This document shows, in pieces, positions 43,264-55,200 of a stretch of 64,000 bases of DNA. A model generated the notes under the pieces. It was not told the DNA's origin and made no database searches. It saw nothing but the letters and a program-made list of their open reading frames with translations. Position numbers and translations under genes: made by a program. The stretch comes from a virus (lineage: Duplodnaviria; Caudoviricetes): positions 64,001-128,000 of the IMG/VR virus record IMGVR_UViG_3300035517_000383, one strand, 5' to 3'. How positions within the stretch are numbered: the first letter of the stretch is position 1; each line of letters opens with the position of its first letter.

Positions 43264-46200
43264 TTATTTAGTTAGTATAACCGAAGTTCCAGTAGGTTTT
43301 GAAACATCTACTATATCTTGTTTAACTCTTTCAATCATTTGGTCTACATCATAATCATCTGAAATATTTTCTACATTAATGTGAATTTCAATAGAGGTAT
43401 CTCCAATATTTGAAGATACAGCATTAGATGCATTTGAGGTAGAATTGAGAATTGGAAGATTTGCAAGGAGTTGTGCGGCTTGACCTATACGTTCGGTATC
43501 TTGTGCGGAAAGGAAAGCTTCAGGTTTTTGGGGTGTGCCGTCTACCCAAGCTGGACCTGTATAGTCTACAAGACCGCCTGTTTTATATGAACTATAAGAT
43601 GTCCTTCTATTCAAATAACCGAGAAGACTTGACCATTTGTGGTGACCAACTTGAGATTCTATTGTACCTTCATCGTTAGAGATATAATTATTTTCTCTAG
43701 CCCAATCCACATTTTTTTTAACTTCTTCCTCTGTATCTCCATATATACACAATTTACTATTAGGGTCACACCATCTAAATGACATAGTAGACTCTCCATT
43801 TATCATATTATTCCATTTGGTCTCTTTTTCTAAAGTCTGTTTTACATCATTATCAAGAGGAAAAGGTCCCATTTGAACTGAGGGAGAATCTACAACTGTA
43901 TTTGTATCTTTATTTTTTGCAGAATCTACATAGTCTCCATTTGAAAGTGTGAAACCCTCTGAATGAGCTTGTCTATCAATCTCATCCCTTTCCATATCTG
44001 ATTTAGCAGTATTGTATGCCCAAGTAAACTCCTCTGCTCTACTAAGATTAGACGACAAACTCTCCTTAGTCATACTGTCGTCACTATCTAACCCATAATC
44101 CTTACTTGAACTGGTACTTGTGCTATCTGTTTCAAGAAGTTCATCATATGCTTCTTGTGCTTTAGTGATAGCATCTACTATATCTTTTGTAGATTGTTCT
44201 AAAGATGAAGTTCCGCTATTTGTTGCAGTTTCCGAAACTCTTTCTTGAACAGAATCAATCTCATTTTGTGAAGCCTCTATTTGACTAGTTAAATCAGTAT
44301 TTAAAACTTCATCTGCTAACTATTTAGCAGTAAACAAATCTGTCCAAGAATTTATTTGTTCTTCTAGTTTCGCATCTGACCAAGATTCTGTTTCGGTACT
44401 ATTTTCCATCATCCAAGCAATCATATCGTCTGAACTTTTCCAGTTTGAAATTATAGAGACGGCTTCTGCTGTTAAAGATTCTTCATTTAAAGACAATTCC
44501 ATTAGTTCAAGCTATTGTTCATTTTGTTCTTTCTATTCTTCATATTTTTCTTTCATAGTTTCAAGAATATCATCTACTGTATCATCTAATAATTGTTGTC
44601 TATCATCTTCAATTTCATCTTGTAAACTTAAAATATTGGCTTGGTTTGCTCCAGAAGTGTCTCTTTGTAAGAGAGATAATTTCTTTTCTTTTTGTGCTAA
44701 ATCATCCCACTGGTTTTGTCTATCTCTTAAATCTCTTTCCTTTTGAATTGCATCTTCTAAGGCATCTAAATATTCATCATTTGCGTCTGCTAATGCGTCA
44801 TATTTATCTTTTGCATTATCTATCTCTTCTTGGTATTTTTCCTTTAAAGTAGAAATAACTTCGTCTTCAATTGCAACAGTATTTTTTAAAGCGTCTTCTT
44901 GTAATTTTTTAATTTCATCGGCTCTTTTCTTTTCCTATTCTAAGTTTTCAGTTTGTACATCTTCATATTTCTATAATTGTTGAATTTGTTCTTCAATCCA
45001 TTTCTTAAAATCATCAGAGAACTGTGCTGAATTTATAGCTTCATAATTAGCCATCCATGTTTTAGAAATATCATCATAATACACATAGTCAGACGTATCT
45101 GAGCTAAGTTGATAATTAGGATTCATTGCATTAATTTCATCTATTTTAGATTGTAATCCTGAAGTTAATGCTTCCTAAATATTTTGAATACCCTATTTAG
45201 CAACATTATTTTCTGCTTGTCTATATGCAGATTCTTGTCGTGCGGCAGTGGTATAATCAGAAAGAGCTTCTGCTATATTCGTATCGGCATCTAGGTTATC
45301 AAGAACATCTTTTGCGTTAGATGCGGCATCTGATAAATTGTTGATTGCAGTTGTATAGTTATATAAGTAATCTAAACTATTTTTATATGTATCTGTACCA
45401 TATAATGCTTCATTTAAAGCTTCTAATTTCTCTGTTAATTCTTCTACTTCATCAGATGTATCAGAGATACTATCTCGTGTATCTGTAAATTTATTGTCTA
45501 TTTCTTTAAGTGCCGCAAGTCTTTCTGGTTCAGATAATGCTTCCCATAAAGCATCATCATCGTTTATTAAAGAATCGAGATAATCTACTTGTTCAGATAA
45601 TTTATCTATATAATCTGATACATCATTACCATTTAAGGAACTTAGAAAATCTTCTACTGTTGTTGTACTTGTTATCTCGGAAGTATCTTTACCCATTAGT
45701 GTAGCTAAATCTTTCCAAACTGAAAGACGGGCATTATCAATGAGTAATAGGTCTTTTTGCAGGTCTGTTTCATTCTACAATCCTATAAGTGCGTCAAGCT
45801 GAGCTTGAATTTTATCCCTTTCTACAGTAAGTTGTTCTTTTGCAGTTGTAATTAAATAATCTTCACTAGTAATCTATTCTTCAATTCCAGTTTGTAAATC
45901 ATCTGTTCTTAATGTTATGCCATCCTCAGTTATATCTACATAATCTTCAATAGACATATTAACTTCTTCTAATGTTTCCGCTAAATCTCTATATGTTGAA
46001 TATTTTATATTTCCATTTTCTAGCTGCTCTTCTACTGCGTCCTAAACATCTTCTGCTGTCTATACTGCGGTATCGTATATAGTTTCCATTGATTCTTTAA
46101 AACTTTTAACTGCCGTTTCATTATTAAAATTAAATTCAATAGCTAAATCTTGTTTACCTTCGTTAACAACTTTTTCAAAATAATCAGACCAAAATTCTTC

Positions 46201-49200
46201 ATCATAAGTATCTCCAACACTTTCCTCCACAATAGAAAGGAATTGGTCTTTAAGAGAAGTCATTGTGGATAAATCTAGGTCTTGCCAAGCTATATTATTA
46301 AAAATATTGGAAATTGCATTAGCGTCTAACCCTTGTGTTTCTAAGTTCTTAGCAAGTAAACTGTAAAATTCAGTTGCAGATTTTTCAGACACTCCAGAAT
46401 CAATAGCATTACCAACTGCTGTCGTATAAGAGCTTAATTGTTTTGTATTCCATTTTTGAGACTATGATGTAAGAAGTCCATAATTCTTAGCGTCTTCTTG
46501 TGCCGATTTGAGAGATTCCTCAAAACTACCTAATATATCAGCAATAGCATCTTCCTCTACACCAAGTGTTCCTAAAATGTTATTAAGTTTTTCAAGATTG
46601 GCCTCAGAAGTATCTTCGGCTAATGTTTCATAAGCTTTATTAGCTTCACGATTTTCTCCAATTTTTTCAGCTTTTTCTGTTGCGTCTGTGTCTTGAAAAT
46701 CAGATAAATAGATAAGAACATTTGATAATATTTCCGCCTCCGCCGCATCTGTATTATCATCGCCATATTTCTCTTTTATTTCGTCTATTGCTGCTTTTAC
46801 TGAACTATCGCCTCCATATAGTTCCTCAAGGGCGCTGTTAAGAATATTTTCGGTTAATTGAATAAATTCTCCTTGCTCATTATAGTACCCCAAACCCTCA
46901 ACTGGACCTTTTATAGTAAAGCCTGCTGTACCATATTCATTGGCATATAATTGAATTTTATTTTCATTTTTGGTGTCACTTTCTACTATATCAAATACTT
47001 CATCGGCATAATTTTTTTCTTGACTTTCAATTTCTCTTGCCTAAACAGCCGCATAAACCAAAGATTCAAGACTAGAAGAATTAGCATTTATTAATTCATA
47101 TTCTTCCTTTAAATTATTAATTCTAGCTTGATGCTATTCGTTTAATGCATCTATATACTCTTGATTATATCCTTCTATCTTAGAATAAGTTGTCTCTAAG
47201 TCAGTATATGATGATAATAATTTTAACAAATCTTCCGCGTCTGTTTGATAGAAAAAATCATTTAGAGAAGAATAACCCATATTAGCCACCTAATCTGAAA
47301 GGAGCTTACGTACCCCCTAAAAATTCCCAGAATTTACAAAATCTTTGTATACTACATTTTCATCTTCTGGACCACTTAATGTGTATTCTCCCCTTAATTT
47401 ATCATAAAAGAAATCTAAATCTAAGTTTCTCTAATAATTACTTGATTCCGTATCATTTAGAATGTCAGATAAGGTGTTTTTTATTATTTCTATATCTTCT
47501 AGATTTTCTTCAATCTATTCATTGTCGAAAAAATCTTCTGCTATGAAAGTGCCTTGTTCAGATAACTTTGATTCTATTTTTGTAGCTGAAAGTCCAATTA
47601 AAGAAGAGATATTTTTAATCTAATCATTTTTCGCATCTGCTTCATTTAACTGAATAGAAGTTTCACCTTGTACTGCGGCGGCCTTTGCAGATATATCAGC
47701 TGATTCTTTCTATTGCTCTAAAATCCTATCCCATAATGAAGTCTGTACCTATAACTCTCCAGTAACTTCGTTATAATAAGTTACAACTTCTGGATATTGT
47801 TCTTGAATTTCTTCAACTAAAGAATTATAAGTTTCTTGTTCTTCGGTTGTTAATGTTTGTTTTTTATTTAATTCTTCAAAATTCTTTTTGAGCTTTTTCC
47901 CAGAAGTTACAAGATTTTCAGCTTCTTGTGCCGCAGAATCTAAATTATCAGCTAATTCTTTTGCAGCTTCTGCTGATTCTTTTAATGCAGCGGCCTAATT
48001 TTCCCAAATCTCTTCGTCTGATAAAGAATCCTTAGCGGATGCCCATGCATAAATTAGAACGCCTGCTATAGCAGCTCCCACAAGAGCTATTGCAACAGGA
48101 CCACTTAGAACAGTAACAAGACCTGTTATCATTTTCTCTGCTGCAAAAGATATTATAGATGGTAATGCTGATAAAAGCATGGATTTCCAAATTGTACTAA
48201 AATCAGAACCAGAAATTGCCATCATTAATCCAGTTGTTATTGCTCCAGAAACAGCATTTGATATAGTTGAAGTTAATGGATTAGTTATTTGCTGTGCTCT
48301 GTCAGCTGTATCACGAAGTTTATCTGAATTCTAACCAGTTCTTATTGCTCTCTCAGCCTCTGCCGCACCAGCCTCCTTTATTTTATTAGCTAATTTCTAA
48401 TATTCAGTAATTTGGTCTGCAACTTCTTGCGTAATTTCACCATTTTCTACTTTTGTTTGAAGAGCGTTTTGTAATATATCTCCCCCTAAAAGGTATTCTC
48501 TTTCTAATCCATTAATTGCTTCCTAAATTTCACTAGGCATCTGAGCATATGTAATCAACATATTTGTTGTTTTTGTCTTTAAATTATCAGTAGTTACTCC
48601 AGCATCTTGTAAAGCTGTTTTAAATTTATTAATTGACGTTTCATCATATGTGGGGGTTATATTAAAATTGAGTTTAAATTTTTTTGTAACTTTATTAAGA
48701 GTATTTTGTATTCTTAACTGTAATTTATTTACTTCTGTCTATATCTATCTAGTTCCTTGTTGAATTCCTTTTATAAAGTTAGTAATAACACTCTTTCCAA
48801 GTGTCATACCTATTAATCCAATAGATATAAGTTGCTTAGCATCTAATGAACTAATTTTTTCAACAAGCTTTGTAATTCCATCTATAGCGTTCTTAAAAGT
48901 ATCACTCTTTAAAAAACTTTGTCTTAATTCTTCCCATGCTACTTTTAATTTATTAAGTTTATTTTCAATTGTATCTTGATATTTTGCAAATTGTTCTTCT
49001 GATTTTCCTGCGGAATTCTATGCAGTTTCTACTAGTTCCATGGTTCTGTCATAGTCTTCCATTAACTTTATTTTTTAAAGCTATTCGTTAAATAACTTCC
49101 CATTTGGCTTATAGTTTCCTATAAGAAAAGGTCATATCTTATCTTTTCAGAAATTCTCCACTTCGGGACACTTATCCCTACAAATGACCGTCGAACCTTC

Positions 49201-52200
49201 ACCCTAACGGTGCTTGGATGCTGATTGTCCAATCCTAATAATTTTCAAACTTTCACACTTAAGATTTCTCTTTATGTTGTAGTTTATTAGGCTCTAAGGA
49301 GTTTCCAGCAATTCAAATATTATAGCCTTAATTTAAGCTATGAATCTACTTTGCTGCAAGTAGATTATTTAATATGTTTTTTCCAATAATAATTATGGGT
49401 TTTGTTTCCATTTCTTATTGCCCGTCTTATAAGTGCAGGCTAGCATTTCATTTCTTTTGCCGCCGCAGCAATAGATGGAAAAATTTTAATGATATTTCCC
49501 TCAATATCAATTTGTTCTACAGGTATCATATTTCTGTGACCATTATTCATTGCGTTATTCATATTTTCTGAATGAGAAATGTCTCTTAAATTTGTATAAT
49601 GATTATTCAATTTATTACCATCTATATGGTCTATTTCATTAAAAATTATATTATTAACAAAAGCTTTGTAGACTAAAATATGAGCAGGAATTGTTTTCAA
49701 TTCATTATTAATATAAATCGAATAACGTAAGTACCCATCTTTTTTAGGTCTTAGCTTTATTCTTGTATTGGAATTATAAATTTCTCCATTTTCAGAAATA
49801 TAATACTAAGTATTTTCAATCTATCTCCATTGTTTACTGTTTAGTTCTTTCTCTGTAATATATTGTTTAGTAGTATTACTTGTTTTGCGGCCAGCAATAT
49901 ACGCTTCTTTTAAGTTTGTAGAAAAATCAACCCATTCTAAATTATTTTTATGATTATTAAGACGATTACCGTCTTTATGATGAACACATGAAAAATTATT
50001 ATCATTACTTAAAAAATATTCTGCAACTAATCTATGAGCTAGTTTATTATAATACTTCCCTTTAATCGTTAACTAATAAGTTCTATAACCTGTTGAATTA
50101 ACACTCCCTTTTAAATAATGATTTGTTTTTTTGTTAAATAAACGTCCATCATCAAAAATTAGATAGTTTGTTTCCTAATCATTAATTATTATTGTTTTAT
50201 ACATATTATCACCTTCTTATATTTTTCAATAAAGCTCGACTATATAATTTACTATTAGTAATTCTCTTTTAAGTCTGTGAACCTTCACCTTAGCGGTGCT
50301 TGGATGCTGATTATCTATTTTATAGTAACCTATAAATCCAATCATTTTTTAGAACCATCACACTTAAGATTTCTCTTTATGTTGTGGTATAATTGGCTTT
50401 AAGACGTTCCAGCATTTGAAAGAATTGTGTTTTTTTAGGCCGTACACTTCGCCAGCATTTTAACGAGAACCGGCCGCCGTAGTTGCTATCAGTTTTTCCT
50501 ATTATCTTTCAATAATAGCTAGACTATATCATAAGTTAATATTTAATTAACTTCCCACTACTTCGATTTTCTAAAATCTACTCTACTTATAATTTCGATA
50601 GTCGTTGAACGGTTTATTTACTATAGTAAATAAGTTCGCTGCGGATTGTCCAAAATAACACGATATTACCATACCTTAGTCATTACCTTCGCCGCAACTC
50701 TTAGAATTGTTTGGTTGTGTTATTTTTAAGGAGATTCCCGCAATTCAATGGGTTACGTTACCTAGCTTTATTATTTTTTATTTAAGAATTCATCATATTC
50801 TGCTTTTGAAATTTCCCTCCAATAATAACCGTGACTAATGCCGCCAGTTTTCATTGCACGAGAGAGATTCGAGCAATTGTTTAATCCAAGACTTCTTGCA
50901 GCTTCTGAGGTACTAGGAAAAACTTGAATTAAATTCATCTCTAAATCATATTGTCCAGTCAGTTTTGTTTGTTTTGTTTTTGTTTGATAATAACTTTTTA
51001 TAACATTCTCTCTTTGAGAAACATTCTCTAAATTACTTAATCTATTATTGCCTCTGTTAGAATCAATATGATTAATAACATTGATTTTTTCATCTGGGTG
51101 GAAAACCATATAAACAGCTCTATGAGCTTGAATTTCTTGTCGATTTCCATCTAAATCGTTATATGTCCACCTAATATAACCACTATTTTTATTCCTACTA
51201 CCAAAAGTTATCTTTCCAGTCTGTAAATTTTTAATTCTACCCATATTGGATACTTCATATTTACTATTTTGTAAAGGTTTCCATTCTTCCTCTTCTAATT
51301 CTTCTGATGTTAATTTCTCAGTTATTTTATGTTCAACTGGATTAATAATTTTATTAAGATTTTCTTCTTGGCTTACCCATTCTAAATTATCTAAGGCATT
51401 ATTTCTTGGACACCCATCTTTATGATGAACAATAGGTTTGTTTTCAGGGTTTGGAATAAATAATCGCGCCATTAATTGATGTTTATAAATGCCTATCGTT
51501 TCTCCGTCAATTTCAAGAGTAAATCTTATATACCCTTGGTTTATTGCACCTTGTGCAATTCTATGCGTATTTTCATTATATAAATCTCCATTCTTAAATA
51601 AAAAATACTGTGTTTCCTTTCCATTAATTATGACTGGTTTTCCTTCAACCATTTTTATATCACTCCTAGCTATAATATTTAGTAAAGATTTTCCTTTACT
51701 AATAATATTATATCACAAAATATTATTAAAGTCAATATTTTAAAAATGTTTTTCTTGTGATACAAGCATATTTTTAAAAATGGAATGGTATCCGATAACG
51801 CTATGTATTGCGGTCAAGTGTATTCCATTTAGCACTCAACTCTAAAAATACATCATCTAAGTCTCTAAATTGTCCTGTGGTATCTTTTAATGAAATACCT
51901 ACAGATTTTAACGCAGTATCTACGTCATTATAATCTAAGTCGTCAAATTCTGAATCAGAGGCCGAGACATTTTCCTTTAATTCTGTGAATCTGGCGATTA
52001 TTGTTTTCATTCGTTTTATGTTCCTTTATAAAGTCGCAATTTTTATAAAGACCCAATAGGGTTTTCTTTATGTTACCATAAAGACCAGACTATATCTTCA
52101 TCTTATTTTTAAAATAAGAGTCTCCCATTTCGAGGTCATTCACTTACCTCTATCGGCATTTCAGCCGTTAGTCTTTGAACCTTTAATTAGGGAATTAGTA

Positions 52201-55200
52201 TAATTTAGTTTCTTATTATATAAATACCAATTATACCTTCCTTTTATTACTTGGCTGCTGATTATCTTGTTGTAGTATAATTATACGATACCATAAGACT
52301 TCCCAGCAATTAAGGAGATTTCAAATATATTTCACAATATATTAGGGTTAATGATTAGCCGTACCAATGTTTTCCTTTTTATTCAGATGGTTCGTTATTC
52401 CATCCCGTTTATTAAACTGCTATAGGCTTTCCCTATAGAATAGACTATATCTTCTTCCTTTTCTCTAAAAGGAAGTATAATACTTCGGTATCACTTGATA
52501 CCTATCAGAGCCAATCCTGATAGTCGTTGGACGTTTTACTTAGAATTCTAAGCAACTTCGCTGCGAGTTATCCAATCTCTTACTTTTTTACTTTACCAAG
52601 CTGATTAGACTTGCCGCCGCCCTATCACTAAGGCGGTTTAGTAGTAAAAGCTCTAAGGATTTTCTCGTCAATTCATTATATTCTACTATAATAATTGCTT
52701 ATTATAGACCCCGACTTAAAAATAAGTTATTGAATATTTTTTCTTCATAGTCGTCTTTTGTTTCCTTCTAATTGATTGTCTTAAAATTCGTGCGTCTATT
52801 TCTGGATATAATTTTGTTAAGTTATTTATTTCATCATAATTAAAATATAATTTAATATTTTCATTTGATAACATATATTGAGTTTGTCTTTCTTTCTCGA
52901 ATTTGTCATCTTTATCTGTGTTAATAATAGGATTTTCGATTATTTTTTCAGCAACAGGACTTTTTCCTTCTCTTTCTGTTGGAAAAAAATGATTATCTGA
53001 TATTAAATCCCACTGCACTTCGATTTCCTTTCCACTTTCAATAAGATAACCGTTAAAAGAGTACTTTTCTATTTTATTAGTAGCCTCTTTATAATGACCA
53101 TTTAATTCTGCTTTAACTTCATCTATTTTTATATATTTAGTTTTATATGAAGTTTTGTTTTTATAGTTTAAAATCCAATTTAAGGCATCTGTCGAGATAG
53201 GATATTCTTCATACCAGAAAATACAATCCTTGTGTGTTACTCTTTGACCAGAAAGAACATTAAAGATACATCCTCTTGAAAAATTATTATCCTTGCAGAA
53301 TTGTGTTAAATTATTAAAAACTTTTGTTATATTTTTCTTTAAATCATAGCAAACAATATTTTTTAAATTTACACCTCTTAAATTATTCTCATTATAGTAA
53401 TTTGATTGGTCACTGTTTGATGTCGCCAAATTTTTATTATAAAAATGAGGATTTGGAATTTTATAATATTCCAAATAGTATTTTTCAAGCCATGATAATT
53501 CATTCCCATCCTTAGCGGCGGCCAAATAATGAACAGAAAAATTTTCTCTACCAAATTTTTTGAAAGCTTTTTGCAATTCTACTCCACTACCCTTATAACC
53601 ATGCCAATAGAATAGCTAATTAGAATTTACTTTTCCAATATACATCATTCCATTAATTTCATTTCTTACATAATAAATATAACCATAATCCATTTTATTT
53701 TTGCCTCCTGTAGTTTTAATCTGCGGTTTATCCGCTCACAGGATAAGTAAAAATAGAAAAATCCACATCTAATACTTTGAAACCAAAAACGAATCAAATT
53801 CTTATTTTTATAGACAAGGGGCCTCCTACGTTGTCTCAATCATTTGTGTTAAGAACGCAGAAGTTGTTTCAAAGCTCATACCTGCCGAGTTAGCAATCGC
53901 TTATAAAAATGTCTATTTTAGACATTTAGACTATATCTTTTTCAAATATCACTTCGGAATATTTATCCCTACTCTCTGTCGAGATAGTCGTTGAGCTTTA
54001 GTTTAAGATAATTATTTAAATTCTTTATTTCCCAATAAGGAACTTCAATTAAAGGTATATTGTTAGCTAGACAATATTCTCTTTTTATAGTATCTCTTCT
54101 TTTCTAATCTTCTATTGTGCCTAAATAAGCATCATTTACCGTATAATAATGTTGTTGTCCTTGAACTTCAATTAAAATTTCTTTTTTATCTTTTGTAAAA
54201 ACACAAAAATCAAAACTAAAAGATTTTAAATCTTCATATCTTTTTTGAAAAACAAAATCATATCCATTGTTAATTAAAAAATTTCTTACTTTCTATTCTA
54301 ATAGTGACATTTTAGAATAGCATTTTGGACAACCTCTTCCAAGTTCAGAAATCCTTTTAGAAAAAACAAAACCACAATTATGTTTTATTAAAGATTTATT
54401 ATTTGTTCCAGTAAACTATAGTAATTCATATTCATTATTTCCAACTTGATTTAAAAATTCTTGACCCTGTTTAAAATCGAATTTATTATAGACTTTAAAA
54501 CAATTGGGACATATTTTACCATCAAAATTTCCTCGAACTTTTTTTTCAAAAATATGGCCGCATCTTTTACATTTAAATTTAGAATAGTCATTAGTACCTT
54601 TCCATTCTAACAATTCAAGATAACCTTTTTTCAGTTCTTTTTGTATATGATTATAGATTTTGTTTTTATCTTTTTCACAGTTACTACAAAAAAATTCCTT
54701 CCGTCCTATTATTACAGCTTCAATATTATTAATTATTTCAATCTTGCCGCACTTATTGCATTTAATTTTACAGGACTTTCTCAATCCTTGATAGTTTAAT
54801 AAAACAAAATCTGAATTTGGAAATAACAATTCTAATCGTTCTTGTAATCTCTCCTTATTCCATCTTGAATATGGTTTATAGCATTTAGAACATAATGTTA
54901 TTTTAGTTAATAAATTTCTTGCATTTTTATAATTATAAATTTCACCACATTCTATACATTTATATTTGATAGAAGATTTTTCACCATTAAATTCTAAAAT
55001 TTCTATTTTATTTTTATTAAATACTCTTTTTAATGTTTCTACAAAATCATACATATTTTTTCTCCTTTTATCTTAAACTCTTAGCTGCTGATTATTCATT
55101 ATTTAGTACTTAGGTTAGCAATTCCATATACCATACTATTACTTTTTTCTACTTTCGTAACCATTATGGTGTAATAGTCATTAGAATGTTCCAGCAATTC

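Larger units (their letters stand above)
50490..51794 (-). mobile_element. Group I intron 4 of TMP (1305 nt) with HNH ORF in P1 loop
   Basis: Exon end CGUUAU pairs with GUAACG just after the ORF stop; P10 GCUA/UAGC; P7 GACUA/UAGUC. Confidence 0.88.

Noticed and set aside
49333-49367. Intron-5 HNH ORF reading through exon 6
   Set aside because: Frame check shows it stops at TAA 49365-49367, just before the 3' splice site.
53728-53740. 13-nt match to lac operator core (TGTGAGCGGATAA on minus strand)
   Set aside because: lacO flanks and vector context are absent; it is part of a TTATCC/GGATAA hairpin in the intron 2 P1 loop, so probably coincidental.
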